The notes: generated by a model from the sequence alone, not told the origin. A stretch of 64,000 bases of DNA from Candidatus Woesebacteria bacterium (GCA_040006915.1 JBDTWD010000004.1:65033-129032); one strand, 5' to 3'. Shown: positions 20,687 through 30,584, counted from the stretch's first letter. Translations and numbers: made by a program.

Positions 20687-20737
20687 TACTACTGGAAAAC
20701 GAAGGCAATGTGAAGGGAAGAAAAGACAAAAAGTCTT

Positions 20738-21343
20738 TTACTCATCCTGACCGGCGCTTGCAGGAGCGGGAGTGGTACCATCTGGAAGTGGAGCATTTAA
20801 CTCTTTCACTTCAACCCGTCCCACATCCATAAGCCAACCAGCTTTTTGCGCTTTAAATGTTTCACCAGATACTTTAACTCTGGCACCTTCAAACAACTTC
20901 AGATCAACAACAGAGGAAGTGAGGTACACGTTTTGAGAAGCACCACCAGGACGCACTATGTGGTGAGATCCTTCTCCACCAACGCCACCAACGATGAGGA
21001 CTCCTTCAACACTGTCCTTAAAGCTACTTGCATCTTTAGCACCAAAAACTTGTCCTACTTTGACAGTTTCAACTGCTGCTCCAGTATCATTGGAAGCAGT
21101 GGTATCAGTCGTGGTCGCCGGAGCTGCAGTTTTTGGCGCAGTTAATTTCGCTCCAACTAACCCTGTACCGAGTCCCAAAAAGACAACAACTACGATAGCG
21201 GGAACGAGTTTTTTAGATGCAGACATAGATTTATTTTCCTTGGACATGGCACCAGCAAAACTGTTTGTAGATGTTTGCGGGGCGGCTTGTACATTCGAAC
21301 TTTGTGTTGAGTGGTTTTCCATACATTTTTTAGTGTAACACAC
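20738..21343 (-). CDS. Hypothetical membrane-anchored or secreted protein (Thr/Ala-rich)
   Basis: A single N-terminal hydrophobic helix (LVPAIVVVVFLGLGTGLVGA) followed by a low-complexity linker. The true start is uncertain. Confidence 0.35.
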   Translation of the reverse strand: MCYTKKCMENHSTQSSNVQAAPQTSTNSFAGAMSKENKSMSASKKLVPAIVVVVFLGLGTGLVGAKLTAPKTAAPATTTDTTASNDTGAAVETVKVGQVFGAKDASSFKDSVEGVLIVGGVGGEGSHHIVRPGGASQNVYLTSSVVDLKLFEGARVKVSGETFKAQKAGWLMDVGRVEVKELNAPLPDGTTPAPASAGQDE

Positions 21344-21358
21344 GGAGGGCGTGATCGG

Positions 21359-22456
21359 CTATCCCAACATCTTTAAACTAGAATGGGTAAATAGGTCTAG
21401 GTCCCCATCAAGCACACCTTGGGTATCTGATGTCTCTACTTTCGTCCGGGTATCTTTGACCAAATGATAGGGATGTAGCACATAGTTTCTGATTTGATTT
21501 CCAAAACCTGCGATCTTGTACTCTCCTTTTACTTTGGCCAATTCGTCTTTTCGTTTTTGTTCTTCAAGTAAAGCTAACTTACTTTTAAGGATAGAGAGTG
21601 CAGTCTTTTTGTTTTGCTCTTGATATCGCTCCTGCCTGCATTCCACCACAATTCCGGTCGGTGTGTGTGTGAGTATGACTGCAGTGTTCACTTTATTGAC
21701 GTTTTGTCCACCATGACCACCTGCCCGCGTAAATGCCCAGGAGAGATCATCAGGGCTCACTTCAATAGTCTTATCATCATCTTCAACGAGTGGCAAAACT
21801 TCTACTCCGACAAATGAAGTTTGACGTAAGTTGTCAGCATTAAAGGGAGACAGACGAACCAGTCGATGCGCGCCTGCATCATTTTTTAAATATCCATAGA
21901 CGTAATCACCCCGAATGATCAAGGTGGCAGATTTTAACCCCGCTTCCGCGCGGGACTCATCGACAAATTCTGTTTTCCATCCCTTGCGCTCAAAGTAGCG
22001 CATGTACATGCGCAAAACCATGTTGGCCCAGTCATTCGCTTCATCTCCCCCTTGCCCCGCATGGATTGTCAAAATTGCATCGTGATCGTCGTATGGACCG
22101 GACAAAAATGTTTGAGTTTCTAAGAGATCGATTTCTTTTTCAAGTATCTGGAGCTTATTGGCATATTCAGTTTGAAGCGATGGGTCTTCTTGTTCTGAAA
22201 GCAGCTGTTCGATGCTTTCAAGATCAGTAAAATATGAACTAATGCGTTTGTCTTGATCGAGAAGATTTGTGATTCGTGAACGCTCCTGTCCAACTTTCCT
22301 CGCTCGCTCTTGATCCGCCCATAGCGCTGGACTCTCCTGCTCAGAACTCAGTTCCTGGAGTCGTATCTCTTTCTCAGGAATCGCGAGTTTCTTTTGAATG
22401 GACAAAAACCGCGCCTGCAGTTCTTGTCTTCTCGTCATTTCTTCTGGTGAGATCAT
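21359..22456 (-). CDS. prfB: Peptide chain release factor 2
   Basis: Contains the SPF tripeptide ([15 protein letters not shown]) and the GGQ motif ([15 protein letters not shown]). The reading frame is continuous, with no programmed +1 frameshift site. Confidence 0.9.
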   Translation of the reverse strand: MISPEEMTRRQELQARFLSIQKKLAIPEKEIRLQELSSEQESPALWADQERARKVGQERSRITNLLDQDKRISSYFTDLESIEQLLSEQEDPSLQTEYANKLQILEKEIDLLETQTFLSGPYDDHDAILTIHAGQGGDEANDWANMVLRMYMRYFERKGWKTEFVDESRAEAGLKSATLIIRGDYVYGYLKNDAGAHRLVRLSPFNADNLRQTSFVGVEVLPLVEDDDKTIEVSPDDLSWAFTRAGGHGGQNVNKVNTAVILTHTPTGIVVECRQERYQEQNKKTALSILKSKLALLEEQKRKDELAKVKGEYKIAGFGNQIRNYVLHPYHLVKDTRTKVETSDTQGVLDGDLDLFTHSSLKMLG

Positions 22457-22474
22457 GTCTATAGTATAGCAAAG

Positions 22475-22506
22475 ACTTGACACTATTTTTGTGATACTTT
22501 AGTATC
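22475..22506 (+). promoter_or_regulatory. Sigma70-type promoter with an overlapping palindromic operator for the toxin-antitoxin operon
   Basis: -35 TTGACA (22475-22480), a 17-nt spacer, and -10 TAGTAT (22498-22503). The perfect palindrome GTGATACTttAGTATCAC (22489-22506) overlaps the -10. The ATG at 22513 implies a leaderless or near-leaderless mRNA. Confidence 0.5.
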
Positions 22507-22512
22507 ACTTTT

Positions 22513-22770
22513 ATGACTATACATCTTGTGACCACATTAAAAAGAAAAGCAACACAGATACTACATGAAGTGAACAAAACCAAAACTCCTATCCTGATTA
22601 CAGAATACGGTAAACCCTCTGCTTACATCATTGATGCACAATCTTTCCAAGAAACGCAACAAAAAATAGCAATTCTGGAGGGACTTGCTAGAGGCGAACA
22701 AGCAATTAAAGGTGGACGAGTGACTTCACATACGGATGCGATGAAAATGTTCAAACGATGGCTCGATTAA
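22513..22770 (+). CDS. Type II antitoxin, Phd/YefM family
   Basis: 85 aa. The segment TPILITEYGKPSAYIIDAQSFQE resembles the Phd/YefM fold. Its 3' end overlaps the downstream toxin gene by 13 nt. Confidence 0.6.
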   Translation: MTIHLVTTLKRKATQILHEVNKTKTPILITEYGKPSAYIIDAQSFQETQQKIAILEGLARGEQAIKGGRVTSHTDAMKMFKRWLD

Positions 22771-23051
22771 TCTGGACAAACCCAGCACTAGCCGATTTAC
22801 AGGCGATAGCGGAATATATTGAGCTAGACAATCCAGTTGCTGCAGCAAAACTTGTTCAAAAAATATTTTCTACCGCGCTGAAATTACAAAATTTTCCAAA
22901 ATTGGGTAAAATTCCGATAGAAGCGCGTCATGCTTCATATAAAGAAATTGTGATACAACCTTGCCGATTATTTTACCGTCTTGAAAACAACTCTGTGTAT
23001 ATTGTTTTTATCACTCGGATGGAAAGAGATGCATCGCATTTTCGGATGTAA
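22758..23051 (+). CDS. Type II toxin, ParE/RelE family
   Basis: 97 aa. MARLIWTNPALADLQAIAEYI...YRLENNSVYIVFITRMERD is typical of ParE/RelE. Confidence 0.65.
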   Translation: MARLIWTNPALADLQAIAEYIELDNPVAAAKLVQKIFSTALKLQNFPKLGKIPIEARHASYKEIVIQPCRLFYRLENNSVYIVFITRMERDASHFRM

Positions 23052-23802
23052 TTCTGTCGATTTCCCCAAAAGACTTTCCCAGGAAATCCGCAATGAACTT
23101 CGCAGTTTCAATGACAAAAGCCGGTTCACATGTTTGGCCGCGCTTGCTTTGGGGTGACAAGAATGGAGCATCTGTCTCAGCCAACATTCGATTCTGCGGA
23201 GTTATTTTTAAGATAGCTCTGATAGCTTCAGCGTTTGGATACGTGACGTTTCCGGCAAAACTGACATAAGCTCCTAGGTCTAAAGCTTTTTGTACATACG
23301 AAACCGGCCCTGAAACACAATGCAATACAAACTTTGGAATCGGCTGACTTTGCAAAAGATCCACTAAATCACCATAGGCGTCATACGAAACCACCTCATC
23401 TGGCCTTCTGGTATTACGGCAATGAATGAGGAGTGGTAATTCATGTTTGTGTGCTAAGCCTGCTTGCAGCAAAAACAATTCTTTCTGCGCGCCATGATCG
23501 ACTGTCCCTGTATAGTCTAATCCACATTCGCCAATGGCACTGACATTCCCACTCGCAATGAGATTTTCTAATTCTTGTTTTATCGTATCTATCTGTCCAC
23601 TCACCGCTTCTTCAGGATGAAGTCCTACACTTGCCCACAGCTCTGGATGTTTTTTCGCCAGATCAACAGCAATTTGACTGGTTTCAATATTCACTCCGAT
23701 ATTCATCAAGTTTGAAACCCCTGCATCCAAAGCATGTTGGAGATAGGTCTTGTAGTCAGAAAACAAAGGTTCGAGGTTTAAATGGGTGTGCGAATCGATC
23801 AT
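23011..23802 (-). CDS. tatD: TatD-family metal-dependent DNase/hydrolase
   Basis: MIDSHTHLN...GLHPEE...GECGLDY...HCR...FAGNVTY are TatD motifs. It converges on and overlaps the toxin gene by 41 nt. Confidence 0.85.
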   Translation of the reverse strand: MIDSHTHLNLEPLFSDYKTYLQHALDAGVSNLMNIGVNIETSQIAVDLAKKHPELWASVGLHPEEAVSGQIDTIKQELENLIASGNVSAIGECGLDYTGTVDHGAQKELFLLQAGLAHKHELPLLIHCRNTRRPDEVVSYDAYGDLVDLLQSQPIPKFVLHCVSGPVSYVQKALDLGAYVSFAGNVTYPNAEAIRAILKITPQNRMLAETDAPFLSPQSKRGQTCEPAFVIETAKFIADFLGKSFGEIDRITSENAMHLFPSE

Positions 23803-23825
23803 CACCCTATGATACAATAAGCCTC

Positions 23826-24050
23826 ATGAATTTCTCTTCCGTACTTATCGTCATTCAGATCATTGTGTCACTGTTCTTGGTGTCAACGATCTTGCTACAA
23901 GCTCAAGGCTCAGGATTGGGTAGTACTTGGGGCGGAGGCGGAGAAAGTTATCATACCAAGCGAGGAGTCGAAAAGACACTTTTTGCGGTGACTATAGTCT
24001 TAGGCGTCCTCTTCTTTGTGCTCTCGCTTCTTAACATCGTGTTTCTCTAA
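23826..24050 (+). CDS. secG: Preprotein translocase subunit SecG
   Basis: 74 aa with 2 TM helices and the SecG motif ILLQAQGSGLGSTWGGGGES. The ORF-track N-terminal extension overlaps tatD, so the start is set at ATG 23826. Confidence 0.7.
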   Translation: MNFSSVLIVIQIIVSLFLVSTILLQAQGSGLGSTWGGGGESYHTKRGVEKTLFAVTIVLGVLFFVLSLLNIVFL

Positions 24051-24068
24051 GAGATTACAAGGATTGTC

Positions 24069-25541
24069 ATGATCAAAGTTCAACACTATCTTTGGTATGT
24101 CCAAGGATTTTTCAAAAAATACAAAGCAATTATCGTTGTCAGTATTGTCATTGGTGTGGGAATGTTTATCGCTCTCCCGAGTTTGTTGACGATCGTCCCG
24201 TTTGGAAAACCAACGGAATATATTGGTCGTGTCGGTGTTTTCCCACTTTCACGGCTTCCTCGTGATATTCAGGAACAAGTCAGCTTTGGCTTAACTCGTG
24301 TGGAAGCAGATGGGCAAGTATCACCCGCGTTGGCATCGTCCTTTGGAGTGGAAGAGGATGGAAAAGCCTATCGCTTTACGTTACGACCTGATGTGAAATG
24401 GCAAGATGGACAGACTGTTACCCCACAAGATGTGACCTACAATTTCTCTGACATAGATGTGGTGCGTTCACCCAATGACATTGTCTATCGTCTGCAAACT
24501 CAGCAAAACCAAACTGAACAAGTAAAGGAAACCTTCCTTCCCTCTTCATTCCCAGCCGTCGTCACTCAGCCATTGTTTAAACAGGTCAGAACTCGTTCAC
24601 TGTTTGGAACCAAAACGATAGTGTATGGAATGGGTGCGTACACCATCACCGATATTGTATATAAAGGACCAGGAATCCAAGAGTTCACTTTAGATTCTCC
24701 CAAAAATCGAAAAGTGTATCGTTTCTATCCCACTGAACATGATGCCATTGTCGCTTTCAAGCAAGGAGAAATTGATCGCATCGATGATATTCAAGACTTA
24801 GAGGACATTTTTGACTGGCCAACTCTCGATAAACATCTCATTACCAAGACCGACCAGTACGTTGGCGTATTTTTCAATCTCGGATACCAAGTTGGAGAAG
24901 ATCATCCGTATGGAAACAAACAATTACGGCAAGCATTAAATTTAGCGATCCAGAAGCCACAAGGAACTGATCGAATCCTTTCTCCAATATATAAACGCTC
25001 ATGGGCCTATGTGGGCAATGAAGACGATCTTGATCATTTTGAACAGGACACCAAGCTGGCAGTCGAAACGTATTTGAAAGCCAATCTCTTTACTCCGTTG
25101 GCAATCGAACTGACTACCATTCCTTCGTATGCAAAAGAAGCAGAACTCGTGAAAGCGAGTTGGGAACAATTGGGAAAATTAGCAAAGACACAATGTCAGC
25201 AAGAGAAAGCCTCCGAAAACTGTGATCAGATCGATATTGCTGTCTCAATTCACATCTCCAATATTCCCGATTTATCAAATTATCAAGTTCTACTGGTCGG
25301 ACAACAAATTCCTCTTGATCCAGATCAATACTCACTCTGGCATTCGACCCAACCGACAAATTTTACACATTACAAAAACGCTCGAACAGACAAGCTCTTA
25401 GAAGATGGACGAAAGTCGACAAACAAGGAAGAACGTAAACTTTTGTATCAAGAATTCCAAACGTTATTGGTGAAGGAATCTCCAGTGATCTTCTTGGAAG
25501 CGATTAAAACCTACACCGTTGAGAGAAAAGGAATTCTGTAA
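24069..25541 (+). CDS. ABC transporter substrate-binding protein, family 5 (Dpp/Opp-like), N-terminally membrane-anchored
   Basis: Motif TLRPDVKWQDGQTVTPQDV, and an overall length and pattern matching SBP_bac_5. Confidence 0.65.
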   Translation: MIKVQHYLWYVQGFFKKYKAIIVVSIVIGVGMFIALPSLLTIVPFGKPTEYIGRVGVFPLSRLPRDIQEQVSFGLTRVEADGQVSPALASSFGVEEDGKAYRFTLRPDVKWQDGQTVTPQDVTYNFSDIDVVRSPNDIVYRLQTQQNQTEQVKETFLPSSFPAVVTQPLFKQVRTRSLFGTKTIVYGMGAYTITDIVYKGPGIQEFTLDSPKNRKVYRFYPTEHDAIVAFKQGEIDRIDDIQDLEDIFDWPTLDKHLITKTDQYVGVFFNLGYQVGEDHPYGNKQLRQALNLAIQKPQGTDRILSPIYKRSWAYVGNEDDLDHFEQDTKLAVETYLKANLFTPLAIELTTIPSYAKEAELVKASWEQLGKLAKTQCQQEKASENCDQIDIAVSIHISNIPDLSNYQVLLVGQQIPLDPDQYSLWHSTQPTNFTHYKNARTDKLLEDGRKSTNKEERKLLYQEFQTLLVKESPVIFLEAIKTYTVERKGIL

Positions 25542-25549
25542 GCAGGTTT

Positions 25550-26785
25550 CTACTTATATAATTCAGGCACCGAGTTTTCAAACAGAATGATTGCAGAGGG
25601 TTTGACCATGTTTTTTATTTGTTCCATACCCTCTTGCTCGCCTTTGGCCAAGATAATTTGATCTTCTTCTAGTCCACCAGTTTTCAATCCTTTGACAATC
25701 GCTTGCGTATTTACCCCGATGATGACGACGCACACGTCTGCAATTTGGGCAATACGTTTTCCTAATTTTTCGTTCTCATGTTCTTGAATATCTCCAAGTT
25801 CTATATATCCAGGGGTAAAAATAATCTTTTGTGAGGCTTCCAATTCTTTCACCACAGACAATGTTTCAACAGATGAAGCAGGATTAGCATTGTAGCCGTT
25901 GTCTAATAGTAAAATATTATGTTCAAGCAACGTTGGCTCTAGCCGATGAGGAATAAAAGCAACACTAGATAGTTTCTGTGCAACCATATTTAGATCGATT
26001 CCAAATTCTTGGGCTAGCCAAAGAGCAGGTAACGTATTCACTGCATTGTGTTTGCCATACAAGGGAATAAAGAAAGAGCGCTCGTTATAACTAAACTCAG
26101 TACCTGCGCGGGAGACCTGTACATCAGTCACGCTATTTTCTCCATAGTCTTTCCCATACACAAAGTGTTTTCCTTTATTGGCTTCAGTAGTCACCAATTC
26201 AGTCAAGGCTTTCTTTAAATTTTCTTCTGATCCGAATCGCTCCATATGTGCATATCCAACCGGAGTCAGGATTTTATAATCTGGGGAGAGAAAGTGAACC
26301 AATCCGGCGATGTCTCCAGGATAATATTCACCTAATTCTGCCAGAAAAACCTCATGTGATGAATTGAGTTTGGACAAAATAAGTCGAGCTATCCCAATTG
26401 GTGTATTAATGTTTTCTGGTGTCATCAAAATCTTTCTTGAACCACTTAAGACATGATGGGCAATATACTTGGTTGAGGTTTTTCCATAAGAACCAGCAAT
26501 TGCGATAACCTTTAATCCCCGCTTTTGCAGATATCGAAGCTTTATAGTAGCTACAAGTACATATGCCCAAATAATTATTTTTTTAGGAATTTCTAAAAGC
26601 AGTAACGAAAATCGCAATGACAGAACAGGAGCCATAACTCGTAGTAACTGGAGCTTGAACGTCCATTTTTTTGGTTTGACGACCAGTGAACTATTTTTGT
26701 TGGCCTGAAACCAACGAATATATCGTGACCACTCATATTCAGTTTGTTGCAGAATGGCTAGTTTGGTTTCTATAGAAAGTGACAT
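25550..26785 (-). CDS. Mur ligase family protein (MurF-like) with a hydrophobic N-terminal segment in place of the N-terminal domain
   Basis: P-loop GSYGKTSTK, NINTPIGIA...LAELGEYYPGDIAGL...AHMERFGS central domain, and a C-terminal Mur ligase domain. The first roughly 90 aa are hydrophobic. Confidence 0.55.
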   Translation of the reverse strand: MSLSIETKLAILQQTEYEWSRYIRWFQANKNSSLVVKPKKWTFKLQLLRVMAPVLSLRFSLLLLEIPKKIIIWAYVLVATIKLRYLQKRGLKVIAIAGSYGKTSTKYIAHHVLSGSRKILMTPENINTPIGIARLILSKLNSSHEVFLAELGEYYPGDIAGLVHFLSPDYKILTPVGYAHMERFGSEENLKKALTELVTTEANKGKHFVYGKDYGENSVTDVQVSRAGTEFSYNERSFFIPLYGKHNAVNTLPALWLAQEFGIDLNMVAQKLSSVAFIPHRLEPTLLEHNILLLDNGYNANPASSVETLSVVKELEASQKIIFTPGYIELGDIQEHENEKLGKRIAQIADVCVVIIGVNTQAIVKGLKTGGLEEDQIILAKGEQEGMEQIKNMVKPSAIILFENSVPELYK

Positions 26786-27537
26786 AGTTCATCCGATACT
26801 GGTTTTGGATACGTATGATGAGGGAAGTGTCCGGCATCATAGGTTTTTAACTGATTAAGTGGTATCAAATTATGCATCGTTTCACCTTGCCACAGCGGTG
26901 TAGAGGTGTCACTTTTTCCCCACAACAATAACGTCGGTTGGGCAATTGATGAAAGTTTTTGAGTGTAATCCTCTTTCAAAATGAGTTGTAAGGTTTTTTT
27001 CTGAAATTCATTGGCCCACACATAATCACTATCTGCTCCAAAAGAAGCGTACAGTTTGCCACGAAACGTGCTGGTGATCTTGTCTTTGATTGTTTTGGGA
27101 GTGAAGCGAGCAGCAAGACGCAGAGTTTTTTGTTTCGAGTTTAAAATATTGGGGATTCCGGAACTATCAATCAATGCCAGCTTTTTTGGCTGATGAGAAT
27201 ATGGTCCACTACAATATTCAAGCAGTATTTTCCCACCATAGGAGTGTCCTACTGCACCCACCACCGTCTGGCCTGTTGCCTGAAGGAAATCTTGAAGCCA
27301 TTTGGCATGTTGTGGAGTACTCCATCCCTCTTTTGGGGTGTCTGTGCGTCCACAGCCAGGAAGGTCGGGTATAAGTAAAGTGTAGTGATCAGAGAGAAAA
27401 GGGATGATCGGCAACCAGGCTTCCCAGGCATTTGCCCACCCGTGAAGCAGTACAAGAGCAGGACCTGCCCCCACAGTTTCATAGTTCGTTGCTAATCCTG
27501 CAACTTGAATAATTGCCATAGTACCCATTATACTCAT
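26770..27537 (-). CDS. Alpha/beta-fold hydrolase
   Basis: LVLLHGWAN...GHSYGG nucleophile elbow with conserved His/Asp spacing. Confidence 0.7.
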   Translation of the reverse strand: MSIMGTMAIIQVAGLATNYETVGAGPALVLLHGWANAWEAWLPIIPFLSDHYTLLIPDLPGCGRTDTPKEGWSTPQHAKWLQDFLQATGQTVVGAVGHSYGGKILLEYCSGPYSHQPKKLALIDSSGIPNILNSKQKTLRLAARFTPKTIKDKITSTFRGKLYASFGADSDYVWANEFQKKTLQLILKEDYTQKLSSIAQPTLLLWGKSDTSTPLWQGETMHNLIPLNQLKTYDAGHFPHHTYPKPVSDELCHFL

Positions 27538-27542
27538 GCTCT

Positions 27543-28163
27543 ATGAAACGGATATCACTTCTTTCTCTCGTACTCGTGACTACCCTTGCTTTGAGCGCGT
27601 GTGCGCCAAAGGAAGTACCACCTGAAGCTACGCCAATGGCAACAGCAACGCCTAGTGCATCCGCGTCTGCTGCTCCCACAGATACGCCTATGGTTACCCC
27701 GACTCCAACCCCAAAAGGGAAAAATGCAAAAGTAACCAAACAATACGTTGATATACAAACCGCAAAAGGCACTATAGAACTGGAACTCTATCCTGACAAA
27801 GCTCCAGGGACAGTCAGTAATTTTTTGGAGAAAGTAAAATCGGGATTTTATAAAGGACTTACCTTTCACCGGGTAGAAAATTGGGTGATTCAAGGAGGAG
27901 ATCCTTTAGGAAATGGAACTGGCGGTGGAGAAATGCCAACCGAATTATCCGATGAACCCTTTATTGATGGCAGCCTTGGAGTCGCCCGTGGCAGTGAAGA
28001 TATTAAAGTGAGCAACGATTCCCAGTTCTTCATTTGTACCTCTGATTGTGGCTGGTTAACGAATAAATATACAAATTTTGGTAAAGTAACAAAAGGCATG
28101 GATGTCGCTAAAAAGATTGAAAAAGGCGATAAAATGATTAACCTAACTATAGTAGAAAAATAA
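27543..28163 (+). CDS. Lipoprotein peptidyl-prolyl cis-trans isomerase, cyclophilin type
   Basis: Lipobox LALSAC, a Pro/Thr/Ala-rich linker, and cyclophilin core FHRVENWVIQGGDPLGNGTGG. Confidence 0.85.
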   Translation: MKRISLLSLVLVTTLALSACAPKEVPPEATPMATATPSASASAAPTDTPMVTPTPTPKGKNAKVTKQYVDIQTAKGTIELELYPDKAPGTVSNFLEKVKSGFYKGLTFHRVENWVIQGGDPLGNGTGGGEMPTELSDEPFIDGSLGVARGSEDIKVSNDSQFFICTSDCGWLTNKYTNFGKVTKGMDVAKKIEKGDKMINLTIVEK

Positions 28164-28167
28164 CCAT

Positions 28168-28614
28168 ATGAATCAAACCGCTGTCATTCAAACAAATAAA
28201 GGAGCAATCGAAATTGAACTCTATCCCCAAGATGCACCAAAAACAGTAGAAAATTTCACTACCCTTTCAAAGCAAGGATACTATAACAACCTTACCTTTC
28301 ATCGCGTTGTTCCCGGATTTGTGATCCAAGGTGGAGACCCAAACGGAAATGGCACTGGTGGGCAGTCTATCTATGGGGCAAAGTTTGAAGATGAGCTCAA
28401 TCCAGAAACAACAAGTTACAAAAATGGATACAAAGAAGGGGTAGTCGCTATGGCAAATAGCGGCCCAAATACTAATGGAAGTCAATTCTTCATTATGTTA
28501 GAAGATAACGATCTACCCCCGTTATATAGTATCTTTGGAAAAGTCACTAAGGGTATTGATGTGGTCAAACAAATCGCTGTCGGCGACACAATGACAGCCA
28601 TCGACATTACGTAG
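28168..28614 (+). CDS. ppiB: Peptidyl-prolyl cis-trans isomerase, cyclophilin type (cytoplasmic)
   Basis: FHRVVPGFVIQGGDPNGNGTGGQSIYG...GSQFFI. Confidence 0.9.
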   Translation: MNQTAVIQTNKGAIEIELYPQDAPKTVENFTTLSKQGYYNNLTFHRVVPGFVIQGGDPNGNGTGGQSIYGAKFEDELNPETTSYKNGYKEGVVAMANSGPNTNGSQFFIMLEDNDLPPLYSIFGKVTKGIDVVKQIAVGDTMTAIDIT

Positions 28615-29371
28615 TTTTCAAAATCGAAGCGAGCAGTATTGGATTATCGGTTTTTATGCCGTCCACTTTCATGGCAATGAATTTGCGCATATTCTCTTCT
28701 TTGTTAACGACAAATACGAAAACTTTTACTCCTAATGAGTGATAAAACTCTACATCCTGTGGCAGACAGAAGCGAGCGTGAAGCGAGACATATTCAGGAA
28801 GCAACCGATTCACCCGACGCTTGGCCAAAAAACGAGCGGGATAGGAAAGCAAACTGGTTAACAAAAATAAACCCACACGCCCCAAAAAGGTATTCAGAAT
28901 GTTAAATGGATTGTATGTTGTCCCCGTACTATATGACTGCAAGGAATTGGGGAAATGAATAGAATACCGATTCAACAACCCTAGGTTGTTGGAGTCAAAA
29001 ATAATCCGTTGCTCGATACGTTTGTGACTTAAGACGCGCGCTAAAGCCAGATCCATGGTCGTATCTTTTAAATCGAGATTAATTAAAACCCTCGGGGGTA
29101 ATTGATCGATAATTTCCGTCAGTTTAGGAAGCGTAAATCCTTTCGCCACCAGTTCATCGTACGTATATTGACTGATCTTGATGGTTGGCCTGAAAGTCTT
29201 CAATCGATCATTATGGTTTAAAACCAAAATTTGATCTTTGGTAATGCGCAAGTCCATCTCTACCATGTCTGCTCCCTGCACAGCAGCTAATAGAATGGAT
29301 TCTACAGTGTTTTCTTGGGCATCTTGTGATGCACCACGGTGCGCAATGATCAAAGGACGTGATGACATCAT
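28607..29371 (-). CDS. Glycerophosphodiester phosphodiesterase (GDPD family)
   Basis: LIIAHRGAS...VEMDLRITKDQILVLNHND are the GDPD catalytic His/Glu/Asp motifs. Confidence 0.8.
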   Translation of the reverse strand: MMSSRPLIIAHRGASQDAQENTVESILLAAVQGADMVEMDLRITKDQILVLNHNDRLKTFRPTIKISQYTYDELVAKGFTLPKLTEIIDQLPPRVLINLDLKDTTMDLALARVLSHKRIEQRIIFDSNNLGLLNRYSIHFPNSLQSYSTGTTYNPFNILNTFLGRVGLFLLTSLLSYPARFLAKRRVNRLLPEYVSLHARFCLPQDVEFYHSLGVKVFVFVVNKEENMRKFIAMKVDGIKTDNPILLASILKTT

Positions 29372-29402
29372 GAAGAGGATAGTATACCAAAAATATCAGC
29401 GA

Positions 29403-29768
29403 TTACTTACCAGCAGGCTCTTGGATCCGAGTCGTAAAGTCGACGGGCGGAAAGGGATGTTCATCCCCTTCCGGATTTGATTGTTCTATTCTTTGTAGAT
29501 CCGGCTCTATGTCACTGCGAATCTGATCAGTCTGGATCGGAGTTTGTGAAGGAAGAGGCGTCGGTGTAATCAGCACTTGTGTACTTGCTCCTCGTTTGAT
29601 TAAGAAAACAAAGATCACAATCCCTACAAGTAACACCACAAATGCTCCAATTGCTAAGGGAACAATCAGACTTTTTTTCTGGGGAACAAGAAGGTCGGGT
29701 TTTCCTACTTCCAAGGGTACCGGCACCTCCTGAGAGAATCCCGTTTGATTTAAGTTGTCAGTACTCAT
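29403..29768 (-). CDS. Hypothetical membrane-anchored Pro-rich protein
   Basis: A single TM helix (IVPLAIGAFVVLLVGIVIFVFLI) followed by a Pro-rich tail. Confidence 0.35.
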   Translation of the reverse strand: MSTDNLNQTGFSQEVPVPLEVGKPDLLVPQKKSLIVPLAIGAFVVLLVGIVIFVFLIKRGASTQVLITPTPLPSQTPIQTDQIRSDIEPDLQRIEQSNPEGDEHPFPPVDFTTRIQEPAGK

Positions 29769-30565
29769 TGTGAAAGCTCCTTTGCAAATTCCACTCCTCG
29801 TAAAACAGAAGCGTACGACGAGAACACGATGGAACGAAGTTGAGGATACATTAGAGTTGCCGAACCGGACTGACTTTGCCGCTCATACTGGATAAGAGCT
29901 CCCGACAAAATAGATTGGGCATTATCTATTGTTCGTCCCAGTTCATCGCTCCCTCGTTGCTTTTCCACTCGCTGGGTCTCACTCATCACTCCCGTATCAA
30001 TCCAAAGATCAATTTTCTTTTTTACTGTTTGCAGCGCATCGATTGCCTCTTGCGTATGACCAATAGCAATCAGACAAACAGCCCGATCTGCGGTACTGCT
30101 TAGCTGCTTTTGTTTCCCAATAAACCATAACGCTTCCGTATCGGCTTTGATGCGATCGACAGCTACATCACTACGAGATCTATGATCCTGAAGGTCTTTC
30201 AGGTCTGCATCAATTCTCGCTGAGCTACTCGCTGACCAGAGCGGATTGACCATCGTTCGGTCCGAAAGCACAGCCTCAAGAATCGACAGATGAGTGATGA
30301 CAACATCGTCCCGAGTCAACAAAAAGTCCCGCATGTCATGTACGGCTTCTTCTTGAGAAGCCAGCGTTTTTAAGTTTTTGTACTGGGTAAGACTCAATGA
30401 CAGCGCATCTGACTGCGTCCGGTAGAGATCTAAAAGCTGCCGGTACCGGTCTTTTAGAGGGGCAATATTGGGGTTTACGGCATATACCACCCCTGTATTT
30501 AAGACCAAAAAGCAGAGCAGAATAGCCAGGCTTACTCGAGATAGTAGCGCGAAGGGACGAATCAT
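29765..30565 (-). CDS. Hypothetical secreted protein
   Basis: N-terminal signal peptide (LAILLCFLVLNTGVVYA). No recognisable domain. Confidence 0.4.
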   Translation of the reverse strand: MIRPFALLSRVSLAILLCFLVLNTGVVYAVNPNIAPLKDRYRQLLDLYRTQSDALSLSLTQYKNLKTLASQEEAVHDMRDFLLTRDDVVITHLSILEAVLSDRTMVNPLWSASSSARIDADLKDLQDHRSRSDVAVDRIKADTEALWFIGKQKQLSSTADRAVCLIAIGHTQEAIDALQTVKKKIDLWIDTGVMSETQRVEKQRGSDELGRTIDNAQSILSGALIQYERQSQSGSATLMYPQLRSIVFSSYASVLRGVEFAKELSQ

Positions 30566-30584
30566 AGTTGTAGTGTAGCAAATA

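Noticed and set aside
20687-20737. AT-rich hairpin AAAAGAC-aaaaa-GTCTTTT between the hypothetical gene and ftsE
   Set aside because: A 7-bp all-A/T-dominated stem with no U-tract on the transcribed strand. Too weak to call as a terminator.
21359-22483. Looked for the programmed +1 frameshift site (CUU UGA C) typical of prfB
   Set aside because: The RF2 reading frame is continuous from the start with no in-frame UGA, so no recoding site is present. A frameshift-free prfB is unremarkable.
26770-27543. Divergent starts only 5 nt apart (alpha/beta hydrolase on minus, PPIase lipoprotein on plus) might suggest a mis-called gene
   Set aside because: Both proteins have strong family motifs. An alternative Met a few codons in (MAIIQ) would widen the gap, and compact genomes commonly place promoters inside neighbours.
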